DNA of 64,000 nt from Microthyrium microscopicum (lineage: Eukaryota), in assembly GCA_010405405.1 (NCBI GenBank), contig MU004233.1:313067-377066 (forward strand), read 5' to 3'. This document shows, in pieces, positions 40,543 through 51,545 of this stretch (the first letter of the stretch is position 1; every line of letters starts with the position of its first letter). Made by a program: the position numbers and the translations under genes. The notes beneath the pieces were generated by a model. That model was not told the DNA's origin. It saw only the letters and a program-made list of their open reading frames with translations, and made no database searches.

Positions 40543-42290
40543 ATGAAGCCGATTTGTTTTTATAATCTGACAAGTCTTGCATTGCTCCAACATGTATAGC
40601 AACAGTCATTACAATCCAAGCACAATCGGTCTGCGATCAAATTCACTCCGCAGCACCTTTGCTTTTAGCCTACTCACCCTCAAGTTCAAAGGCGTCACTA
40701 AACAGCGCAGACCTTACAAGCTTATATAAAAATACGACGACGACATACTGGGATGCTGCTAATGATGCAGATGTTCCGGCCTGCGCCTTCTTCCCTGCGT
40801 CCAGCAAAGACGTCAGCACCGCAATCGTTGCGTTGGCAAAAGAGCCTGGAGTGCCTTTTGCATTGAAGGCGGGAGGTCATAATTGGAATCGCGGCTTCTC
40901 GAGCACAGATGGCGGCGTCCTTATCTCGTTTCGGCCCAACCTACAGAACATCACACTTGCATCAGATGGCCAAACGGCCCAAGTTGGACCTGGCGCGGGC
41001 TGGGTTGAGGTAATGCAAAAGCTGGATAAGAGCAATAAGTGTGCCGTTGGTGGCCGATCTGGAGACGTTGGAGTTGGCGGCTATGTTTTGCAAGGAGGAA
41101 TTTCATACTTGACTGCTCAATATGTGAGTTCACAACCTTGGAAACATAGTTTCTGAAAGGGAAAACTTACGTTCTGTTGGAAGGGCTTTGCAAGCGACAA
41201 TGTCGTCGAATACGAACTCGTAACAGCCAATGCAACCATATTGACAGTCAACAACCATACAAACCCCGATGTTTTCTGGGCTCTGCGTGGAGGAGGTGAG
41301 ACAAGCCATACACTTCAGAAGATCCAAAACCTTACAGTTACCAGGCAATGCATTTGGGGTTGTCACCAGCTATACCCTTAAAGCGTACGACATCAATCAA
41401 GTCTGGGGCGGTGAGAGAACGTACGGTCCAGATCAACTCGATAAAATCAACTCAGCACTCACAAATTTCATTTCTGGCAGTCAAGACCCCCTTGCCGCCA
41501 TAATCCTTGATTACGTCTTCGTTGCAGAGAACCAGACGAACCAAATCACCGTAGCCTATTTCTACCACGGACCGACTCCTTCGAGCGTATTCGAAACCTT
41601 CATGTCAATTCCATATCTTGCAGACACGACCAGAACACAGCGCTATCCAGAGCTTCTCGATACCCAGGTCACATCCGCACTAGGATTGCGAACCTCTAAT
41701 GTGTTCAACTCTCTACCTAACATGCCATCCACGAACATGACATCGTATTTAGACTGGCATTGGAAGCAGGCTTCGGACGCAACGCTTCTAAGCTCACGCC
41801 AGGCCTACGGTATAGAGCTTCTGTCCATGGCGCTCCAACCGATTCCAGTGGCTTTGCAGCGAGCATCCGGAGCTCATGGAGCCGGAGCTTTGTCTCTGGA
41901 CCCTAATAACGGAGACAAGTTATGGATCGAGTACGATGTTGGGTGGACCAAGGATGCGGGCGATGATATACTGCCACAGCAACTGAAATCAATAGCGGAT
42001 GATGCTCTCGCATATCAAAAGGAGACATATGCAGGAGTGAACCCGACGAGCTACGTGTCTGGGGATCTGTCTGTTGTACCGTAAGTGATCTTTGCATCAA
42101 TGTTGCTGAATGTAATGACTGATAATTTTCGTTTTACAGGTACAATCCACTTTTCATGAACGATGCTCAATATACGCAGCCTGTTCTGAGGAGTTATGGG
42201 CAAGAAGCTTACAACAAGCTTTGGTCACTACATAAGCGGCTGGATCCTCAAGGCTTCCTGACCTCCCGTCAAAATGGTTTCTTCTTTTGA
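40543..42290 (+). CDS. Secreted FAD-binding oxidoreductase (FAD_binding_4/BBE-like), 4 exons, apparent frameshift in the signal peptide
   Basis: Motifs KAGGHN, VGVGGYVLQGG, DNVVEYELV, DVFWALRGGGNAFGVVT and C-terminal DPQGF. Introns 41124-41183, 41296-41344 and 42081-42139. ATG 40543 is out of frame with the body near 40586-40592. Confidence 0.82.
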
Positions 42291-42849
42291 ACTACAAAGT
42301 AAACAATATACAGGCAAGATAGGTAGTACGATTTTTATTTGCCTCTTGGACGTAAGTAAATATCATCATCGTGCTGGCGAATACATAGAGGTTTGCTCTT
42401 TAAACATAATTACAATGCACAATCTATTTCAAAAGTACAATCCTAGTTGAACTCAACAGGCATAGGATCGATGTCTGAGATGTAGGACTAGGTTTCCAGG
42501 ACATATCTCAGCCACAACTGTCGACGTAAATGGATCTACACTCAAAAATGGCGCTAAAATCTCACCTTTGCCTAAGTACAACTTCGCCTACTTCACCTGT
42601 AGCAAAAAAACATTAAACTGACATTTTTAGGCTATCCTGTCGCCAACCGGGTTGTATTTCTGACATCACTTCTTTCAGCACACTGTCACCATCGTTGATA
42701 ACTTCGATTGAAAGACAAGACTCAGAGGAGAGTCAAAAAACTGAAGTTTACGCAGACATCGATTGGGCTCTTAGTAAAAGCAGCAACTTATCTCTCGTCG
42801 GAGTACGGAACCTACATCGGATTAGCTTATATTCGGTGGTGTGCAAGTA

Positions 42850-44134
42850 ATGGAAGAAAAAAGTTACAGTCCCAAGCGAACAGGAATGAGAATGTCAGGC
42901 ACGAAACATCTCAGCAAATCTCGGCAAGGTTGCTTGATTTGCAAGCGTAGACATATCAAGGTACGATAGATGACTTCCGTTCCCGAATAAATGATAAAAA
43001 GATTGGTATCATGGTGGTGGGCTTTTTTGAACAACTATCCATACTGATTACTTGTTTTAGTGTGACGAACAAGGTCCGCCATGTGCCAACTGTCGCGTAC
43101 GCAACCTAGAATGCAAGTATAGGAAGCCAAAAACCTTGGAAAACACCGATAGTACAAATGAGCCGCTTAGCAATCTGGAGTCCAAAGCTGTTACAGGCAG
43201 TAGACGTCTTGAGCTTGAACTGTTCCATCAGTGGTCCACGGACACTTACCGCAGCCTTGTCTTCCAAGGAGACGATGAAAGCGTTTGGCGAGAACTTATC
43301 CCGCACACGGCTTTAGATTTCGATTTCTTGCTCCACATCATTTTCTCAATTTCGGCGTTGCATATCTCGTCCATGTCAACATCACCACGATCACAGAAGT
43401 ATCAGCTGGTTGCCCTCGAATATCAGAATCTTGCAATCACAGCTTTTCGAGATCGAGATACACTGAGTTCCTTCAACACATCTCAGTCATTGTGTGCGTT
43501 TTCACTTCTGAATCTTCTATTGGCCGTGGCATTCTCCATTTACCTGGATCAAAGCACTGGACATGCAAGCATATTGGAAAATCTGACAGTTCTTTTTGGT
43601 CTTCTGCAGGGCACGACTTCCATAATATCCTCAGGCAGAACAGCACTTTTGAACGGACCATTGGGGAACTTCGTGCGCCAGAGTTCTCATATGCAAGCAG
43701 ATGATCTGAATCTCAAAACCAAACAGTTGTTTTCGCAGCTGAGAGATCTTCGAGATGAGGAATATACCACGGCAACGGCATCAGCTAACTCTGGACCTAA
43801 CGCTACTCAAATCTACGAGAACACCTCACAAGCCATTGATAAGTTGGAAATATGTTTTGGATTGCGTTTTGGAAATAAGATGGTCATGTGTTTGAGATGG
43901 TTTGCAACACTTGATGCTGAATTTGTAAACAGAATACGAGATATGGACCCTCTACCATTGCTAATCGCCATGCATTGGGCTATCTTACTTTCTGATATTG
44001 GCAAGGAAAAGTGGTGGGCAAGAACTTCAGGGAAAGCATTAGTCGAGGAAATCTCCGGTATTCTAGTGCCTCAAAAGCAGCAATGGCTGCCCATTATTTC
44101 AGCGGTTCGTAGCGAGGTGGGTTTACCTCCTTAG
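42850..44134 (+). CDS. Zn(II)2Cys6 transcription factor (Upc2-like C-terminal domain)
   Basis: KSRQGCLICKRRHIK | intron 42961-43060 | CDEQGPPCANCRVRNLECKY, in frame with ORF 43136-44134 (LELFHQW, FLLHIIFSISALH). Confidence 0.9.
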
Positions 44135-44334
44135 CTATTTGCCATCACGGTAATACTGAGGTCTTGCTGGAACGCGAGAATCATGTCAACTTGTTTCACG
44201 GCATCAGCTGTCCCCAGAACTTGACACAAAATACACTACCAATCTTTTGAAGCCTAAAAAGCTCAACCACATTTCACTTGACATTTGTCTAATTCTCACG
44301 TCTACTATGATTATGGACTTCTTTCCGACGTTTC

Positions 44335-45379
44335 TTACAAATCAACGCCAAGAATAATCCGTTGCAGTTCCATGACCCCGGGAATATACCCATAATGTTT
44401 TGGCATATCTTCCCTCCATACCTAGTCTCTTGATCCATTGCACGGCTTCTCGAGCGCTAATGATACCCTCCATGCTGCATGGATCATCTGTACCAATTAG
44501 TAGATTTCTCAAAGTTACAAAGCACCTGTCACCGCGTAAGACGCTGCATGGCTTTTCAACATATGAGCCTTCTTTTTAGACAAGATATAGGTCCCAATGA
44601 GGTCATCGAGTTAGTTACCAAGACATCTTACATCGTATAAGCAGCATTCCTCTTCCATGAGATCGATGCCCGGATACTTTAGCTGCAGGAAGCTCTCCCC
44701 AGACACAGACTCAAAGGTATATCCAGCGTCACCCCAATCACCGACCACGATCCGTGGGAACGGAGATGAGGAAATATCTTTGTAGAATATGTTAGCTTGC
44801 TTGATATCGCCATGAACAAGAGGGCGCCAGTTTGGCTCGGTGCCAGGCCCCTCATGAATTGCTTCAAGAGCAACAAAAACTTGGAGTACCAGATTCCAGA
44901 CTAGCAGCTCCCGTTCGATTGGTCTCGTTGAGTTTTTCGCCTGTGCAAGATATGCTTCCAGATCGCCATCACATCTGTCTACGAGAGGACCCATAGTGTC
45001 ATCTGCGTAATAAATAGAACAGAGCTGTTCGGAGCTATTCACGAAGTGCCAACCATGATACCCTAGCAGATTCCTGTTAAGTAGCCGGATAATCCTTGAA
45101 GGCTTCTTTCAACATTGCTAGAACATGGATCTCGGATATTACCTGTGACTTTTTGCTGACTGGAACAAATTTGGCTACAAAAGGGGTATTGTCAACATCA
45201 AAAACTTCGTAGGCTACGCCAAAGCCTCCCTCTCCTAGTGGGGTCGATTGTGTGAATTGATATGGAAATCCTTTGTGATTTCTGAGTTTCCATCTTAGAT
45301 TGCTAGCTTTTACGGAAGGCAAAACTGGCGTCGGACCTGCAGCGGGGAACCATTGTATCGTGTTCGTAGAAGCAAACAT
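44335..45379 (-). pseudogene. Protein kinase pseudogene, paralog of 46376-47671
   Basis: Motifs LGEGGFGVAY, VAK, HGDIKQANI, GDWG. Frameshift at ~45080, in-frame TAA at 44611-44613 and a further frameshift at ~44420. The C-terminal remnant GIISAREAVQWIK..MPKHYG..ELQRIILG matches the paralog. Confidence 0.82.
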
Positions 45380-46375
45380 GTTTCTTTGTTCTTTCTCAAG
45401 TTTTTGATGTAGCTCTAGAGTATAGCGATTTTGATCGCGGTAAGTTTTGGTGAAAAAATGAATACTAAGGCATTCGACTAACCAAGCCTATGTTCTGGAC
45501 AAAGGGCGTAAAGACATCTTGCTTGATATGATAATTACAAAGCCGTAGTATTACTGTTCTGAACAAAGAGAGTCTCATGTCAAAGGAAGCACGATTGGCA
45601 CAGGAGGATTAGAGCAACTCCAAAGGTAGCTCCGCTGCCCAATAGTAAACATTAAACGAGAATTATGATAGTTGAAACATAAAAGGCTTGTCTTTATCTC
45701 CTTTCTAGTGCTAGGGAACAGTCCGCAACGTTTGTGATGAATATTTGTTTTGATATTGCTTAATTTCTATAGAAAACACTGTATGAACAGAATAATGCTC
45801 GCATAAAGTTGAACATTCGGAATGGACATGTAAAGCATTCTGTCCCGCAAGTATAAGGAAGAAGTCGCCAGGCGCATGGAAAGAATATGATCAGCCGGCA
45901 AAAACCCGGTTTGTTTTCACTGGATGAAAGCTGTTGCGTCCATGAGTCTTCTCGCGCTTGTTGTGAATATTACACTAAACATAAAAGGTCACTCAACGTG
46001 GTTATTGGCTCATCGAAGGCTCCAGGCACATTACCGGACTGATCAAGCTAGACACCTGAAGCACTTCACCTCACTGGTTTTCGAATTGCCCCATTTTCTT
46101 TTGGCTCCGCTGAGGTGCCTTGATATAAAAGTCTACCTGAAAACACATTAGGTGCAAAAGAGGTCACTGGAGGGCTATGGTCCAAGGAGTCACTCCACTG
46201 TCACTACAATAGTATGTTATATAAGACCAATCCGGGTGATAACCAAAACCCTCAAACTCCTTCGCTCCTCCGTCCAAATCACCCACCAACTGCTCCACGA
46301 GTTCAGTTCCTATCAAATATGAGCCAATTACTCTACTCCCTTTTAGCCGATGGTTGCGATCCTTCTACAGTCGCC

Positions 46376-47671
46376 ATGCCTAAGGATATCAATTCTAGCT
46401 CATGGAAATGGTTCGCGTCGTCAGAGACACCACATAGCCTTCCTGGCTACTCATCTGGAATTGAGCAATATGTTCAAACGTCGACGCCAAATCCCTTCCA
46501 GATGCTGGAAAAGCTAGGTTCAGGGCAAGGCGGTGATGTCTACAAAGTTCGCCATATCGACGAGGTTTTTGCTGCCAAGTTATGTTATCGGTATCACATC
46601 GAACAAGACATGGAGGGAACCTCAGAGATTTGTGCTATGGCAATGCTTAAGGAAGCTTTCAAAGGCCAACCAGTCTCCAAAAACCTGGGACAGTATTACG
46701 GCTGGTTTTTGAATCCCGCAGGACGCCTGCCACCTCATATAGAAGAACGAGGAATTCTCATGGACTTATACGACGGCGATCTAGAACATTTCGCCGAACA
46801 TCATGCTCCCGCATCTCCACAAGATGCGGAGCTGCAAATATGGAACATCGTCTATCACGTCGCACTTGTTCTCGCAGCTATCCACAATGGACCAGGCACG
46901 GAACCAAATTGGCGAACTCTTTGCCATCATGACATCAAACTTGCAAACATATTCTATAGATTCTCGCCGGGCTTGCATTTCCCGCTCGTTGTCCTGGGAG
47001 ACTGGGGTCGATCAATCTATCGTGATAAGTCACAACCACAGAGCACTGTCCAGGAAAAGTACTCTGTAGTTCGAAGCTTGACGGGCTGGAACCCTTTGAG
47101 CGACGTTAAATCACTTGGGCATGTCCTTTCGCTCTTGATAAATCCCGAAGAGGTCTGGGAGAATGAGGATGCTCCGATGATGACACCTTACTGCAAGCAG
47201 GAAGTCAGTCAGGCACTGTTCGACTTGAAAGTCATGATTTTCCGTCCGGTTGACCCTGAGCGGGATGCGCTTGAAGCCGAGTGCGCGGCGATTGCGGCTC
47301 AATTCAACGGAGACCACTCAGCAAAACAAAAGGAGCTATACGGCGAAGATTATGAAGAAGAGGAGGAACGAGAGCTTGACCCTGAGCCTAACTTGGAAGA
47401 CGTTAAAGGCATTGTGACTGCACAGGAAGCAGTGAATTGGATCAAAGAGATGTGGAAGCAGAAAATGCCTGAGCAGTATGGGAACTCCCCGGAAGCTTTG
47501 GAGTTGCAACGAATCATACTTGGTACCGGCGACTCTGTTCCCGAATCACAAGCTCAGCACTATGCTGCTCCAAAGCGGAACGCAGGTCAAAAGCGTCGTC
47601 GTGCTGATGCTGATGAGGATGACAACGCGGATGGAAGCACTAAGAAACGAAAGGCCGTGCTAGAAGAATAG
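46376..47671 (+). CDS. Atypical non-RD Ser/Thr protein kinase-like protein (DWG motif), acidic tail and basic NLS
   Basis: LGSGQGGDVYKV, AAK, alphaC Glu, HHDIKLANI, GDWG, C-terminal KRRR...KKRK. The start at gccATG 46376 was chosen by alignment to the paralog; the ORF extends to 46214. Confidence 0.82.
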   Translation: MPKDINSSSWKWFASSETPHSLPGYSSGIEQYVQTSTPNPFQMLEKLGSGQGGDVYKVRHIDEVFAAKLCYRYHIEQDMEGTSEICAMAMLKEAFKGQPVSKNLGQYYGWFLNPAGRLPPHIEERGILMDLYDGDLEHFAEHHAPASPQDAELQIWNIVYHVALVLAAIHNGPGTEPNWRTLCHHDIKLANIFYRFSPGLHFPLVVLGDWGRSIYRDKSQPQSTVQEKYSVVRSLTGWNPLSDVKSLGHVLSLLINPEEVWENEDAPMMTPYCKQEVSQALFDLKVMIFRPVDPERDALEAECAAIAAQFNGDHSAKQKELYGEDYEEEEERELDPEPNLEDVKGIVTAQEAVNWIKEMWKQKMPEQYGNSPEALELQRIILGTGDSVPESQAQHYAAPKRNAGQKRRRADADEDDNADGSTKKRKAVLEE

Positions 47672-48331
47672 GTTTGGATTTGGACATATTCATGGTCAGC
47701 TCCATTATATTCTTATGAGGTCTCAGGCTACATTTTCTTTTATAAAGCCCCTGGGTAGTAGTTCAAGACCAACCGCTGCATTTTGCTCGGCATATGGAAT
47801 ACAAACCTGTAAGGCTAGTGCCCCAATATGAATAGCAACTGTGGACCAATTCATTCATTGCCGGGTGCCTTTCAGACGCAGGAATTTTGATGGACATTGT
47901 TGACCAATGTCAACAGATGGCGAACTCGAATGGTGTTGATCGCGAGTATAGATCAAGTTTAGGCTGAACGGGACTTGGCTTTATAAAGGCAAAGTGCCTA
48001 ACCATGAATGGTACTCTAGAATATTCAACAGATATGGATTGGTAGATTTTCCGTCTAGTTCTCATAGAGGTTTAATGCTAGCAACAAGTACCAAAACGAC
48101 CAGTACAAATACATTATGATCCAAAAAGTATCGAATCCAGAATCAGACCGTCTTCTCCGCTCCCTTTCGCATACTGTAGCAGATATAAGCATACAGTCCC
48201 TCAAGTCGGGTTTACTCCAAACGCCGCGCAATGATTTTTTAAGTCGTCAAAATCTTCAGAGATTGACCAGTCCGGTTCTTATTCCTGCTACAAAGCCGAT
48301 GAAAAGTAGGTTGACCAGTGGATACTCCCAT

Positions 48332-49364
48332 TCATTTCTCCACAGAAGTGCGTTCGGAATCAGAAGGTGGAAGTCGTCCACTCTTGAAGACAGGCCCAGG
48401 ATGTGCTACAACGAGACAATACGCAGCAACAATAACCATTCTACAAAGTTATCAGCAAACAGTCGTATAGCGATTGGGCCGAGAAATACTCACACAGACT
48501 CCAATCCAATGAAGAGACCCTCATCCCTCAGTGCCTTACTGTTCCTCGAGTAACCCTCACTCAGCTCGAAAATTCGATATGAGCAACGAATGAGAATGAG
48601 TATTGTTGCAAGAGCAAGAAATCCACAGAACACTTTAAATCGGGTCGGTAGTGCCGCCTTGGTCCAGACGGAGCGACTTCGAATGGCATAGTCGACGATG
48701 AGCACGCAAAAAAAGAAGAGCGTGATGACCTGGATAGAAAGACCTGCGAGTGCAATGTTCACGGCTGTGCTGCTTTTGCCATTAGATGAAGATGACATTG
48801 CTCCTCCAATGGCTTGTAAGACTAGGGATAGAATATCGAAGGGAATGAAGATCCAGATGAATAACTTTGGGGCAAATCGCGAGTGACTGGGTGAGAGATA
48901 AGTGATGCTAAATAGCGAGTTAGCAAAATGAAGGGTTCAGTTTCGATTTTACAAAACTTTGGTACTCACATTTGGGTTAACATGACATATATAGCCGCTG
49001 CGAAGAAAACTGGTCCTATCGTGATACACACAATTTGCATAATGAATCCAGGTTGCGCCCACGGATTTTGCCAGTATAGAATGCGTCCGGCATATCCAAG
49101 TATCTCGTCTATACAGCCAAAGACCATTGAGCCCATAAACCACCACGTCTTGTAGCGGAAGCCAAGGACGATTTGGATGATCATGCAGATAAAGTACAGA
49201 GCAATCAGAACGCCACTGGCTGCAAGAGACGGTCTATAGCCATATACGCTGAGCGCGACTGGACAGTGTGCAACTGTGCAGTTGGTATAGGCACCGCTGG
49301 CCAACCAGAAAGTACCATTGGGAAGTTGAAAGGCCTGATTGCCATTGATGTTTGTGACGGACAT
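48332..49364 (-). CDS. RTA1-like lipid-translocating exporter (RTA1/RSB1 family), 3 exons
   Basis: YGYRPS, EILGYAGR, QIVCITIGPVFFAAAIY, IFIPFDILSLVLQAIGG, ILIRCSYRIFELSEG, HPG. Introns 48908-48969 and 48441-48493. Confidence 0.92.
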
Positions 49365-50477
49365 TTGATGTGCGGAAGACGAGGATAATTTGGAGATGGT
49401 TTGGATGGGATCGAATGCGATGGGATGTTGATACAAATTATAAGTTATAATTAAGTTGAGGTTGTAGACACGATTTTGTAAAAGTTTAGCTTGGTTTATA
49501 ACTTTATGATGAGTGAGAAACAAGGCCTGTCTTTATATTCTCAAACGCGTCTTGAGTCTTGACAGAAGCCAAGTCTGAAATCCATACGCGCGGTGTTCGC
49601 AAGAATACGATATCGCTAGGCATCCAAGATGCAGGGTGGAATGAAGTTGTTCCATAGTTCAGGGTATGCCGGCTGGTAAATCGCGATATCAGTGGGCAGC
49701 GTGGACCTTCTATGATTCATAGTTTATGTAGAGAGGCTTGACATAAGCGAGCATTGAAGTGCATGTCAGCCTTGGAAAAATCTCCTGGCGCGCAATGGAT
49801 CCAAATTGGGAGATAGCGTCGCTTAAATGCTTGGCTTTGTCCTTGAAAAACGTAGGACCACAAGGACCTTGAGCAGATCAGGGAGAGATACCGATTTTAT
49901 GCGGTGAGTTGTTGTCCCGACTCACTGGCTAGCGCTAAATATAGCGGCTCTTTCGGACGGTTCGGTGCCATTTAATCGGGAGTGTCCACTAAACCTTCCG
50001 ACGTTGAGAAATCCTCGCCAACTCTCCAACATCATCTTGCTCACTGCAATTAACGTTGACATACATCGACGAGCTTCTCTCACTGGTAATCAATAGGCCT
50101 GAGGCTCCCTGAAGGATTACACCAGCTTCTGCGCTGACATGGATCATTCTGTTCCGCGAAACAGCGATGATATTCGATGATTGAGAGAGTATTTGATTGC
50201 TAGCATTCAGACTTTTCGGGTTTTAACAATGACGAGAGAATAGTCGCAGATTGGTACAGTATCGATAACATGAACTGTCTAGAAAAAATATATGTTGATC
50301 ATCCTCTTCCAAGATATTCCAGGATCGTGAAACTGCACAGCCTCACAGCGCAATCGCATCAGATTCACACATTACATTACTCACTTACAGATAATCCATG
50401 CTATCTTCTTTCCAACATCTACATCTACATCTCTTCAATATCAGCTCCTAAGTGTTCACCTCAGGGGTTCTACCAAC

Positions 50478-51230
50478 ATGGCACAAAACATCTACGACGA
50501 CGCCAACTTTTTCGACAACTACAACCTCCTCCCGCGCTCAATCAACGGCCTCGACGGTGCGCCGGAATGGCCTACATTGCGCACTCTCATCGGCGACGTG
50601 AAAGATGCCAGCATTCTGGATATAGGCTGCGGTCTAGGCTGGTTCTGTCGCTGGGCAGTCGAGAATGGCGCACGGAGCGTGGAGGGTGTGGATATTTCGA
50701 CAAAGATGCTTGAGAAAGCAAAGAGCTTGACAATTGATGGTGCGGACGGAACGATAAAGTACAGACAAGCTGATCTGGAGAGTATCGAATTGGAAGAGGG
50801 AAGATATGATCTGGTGTATTCAAGTTTGGCGCTGCATTACCTCCCCGAGCTCCCACCGTTGTTCAAGGCCGTTGCGGAGAGCTTGAAATCGGACGGGAGG
50901 TTTATTTTCAGCGTTGAGCATCCGGTCATGGTGGCACCACGAGATCCGACGTTCAAGAAAGACGAAAATGGCAACGTGTTCTGGCCACTGAATCAGTACA
51001 TTGACGAGGGCGAGCGTATCACGAACTGGCTAGGGAACGAGAAGGTGAGGAAGTATCATCATACAGTGGAGAGCTATGTGATGGGACTGATAGACGCTGG
51101 CTTTGGCATTGAGGGATTCAGGGAGAGTTGGGATGGAATGGAGAGGACGAGTGTAAAGGACATGGAGGACTGGGGAGGTCACAGACCATTTTTTCTGATT
51201 ATTGCTGCGCAAAAGAGAGGTCGGTCTTGA
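50478..51230 (+). CDS. Class I SAM-dependent methyltransferase (intronless)
   Basis: Motif I ILDIGCGLG, plus GVDIS, YDLVYSSLALHY and LKSDGRFIFSVEHP. Confidence 0.9.
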   Translation: MAQNIYDDANFFDNYNLLPRSINGLDGAPEWPTLRTLIGDVKDASILDIGCGLGWFCRWAVENGARSVEGVDISTKMLEKAKSLTIDGADGTIKYRQADLESIELEEGRYDLVYSSLALHYLPELPPLFKAVAESLKSDGRFIFSVEHPVMVAPRDPTFKKDENGNVFWPLNQYIDEGERITNWLGNEKVRKYHHTVESYVMGLIDAGFGIEGFRESWDGMERTSVKDMEDWGGHRPFFLIIAAQKRGRS

Positions 51231-51435
51231 CTCATTTCTCAGAGGAGGTATAAAGCGCTCACCGGAACGTCTGCTGAGCCACATCAATTGATATGGATAC
51301 ATCATTCTATTGGTTGTATTCGACTTACCAATCAACAATGCTATCAATCCTCACGTGGTAGTCTGAGTGTTCAGCCTGTTCAGCTGAACTCTCCATTTCA
51401 TTCCATTTCTCTTCGCTGCAATTCCTATCTTCCGA

Positions 51436-51475
51436 CGGTATTTATCTTTCCAGTCCGGTATTTATCTTTCCAGTC
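51436..51475. repeat. Perfect 20-bp tandem duplication upstream of the HET gene
   Basis: cggtatttatctttccagtc occurs twice in tandem. Confidence 0.9.
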
Positions 51476-51545
51476 CTGAAAAGAGCCCTCTGCTTGGAAC
51501 GGGTTTGTCTTCACGTACCTGCGCCACAGAGTACAAAATAGTACA

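Noticed and set aside
46214..46375. N-terminal extension of the kinase ORF
   Set aside because: Similarity to the paralog begins near ATG 46376, which has a better start context; the extension overlaps a TATA-like sequence.
38248..51230. Complete secondary-metabolite biosynthetic cluster
   Set aside because: No PKS, NRPS, terpene synthase or prenyltransferase in the window.
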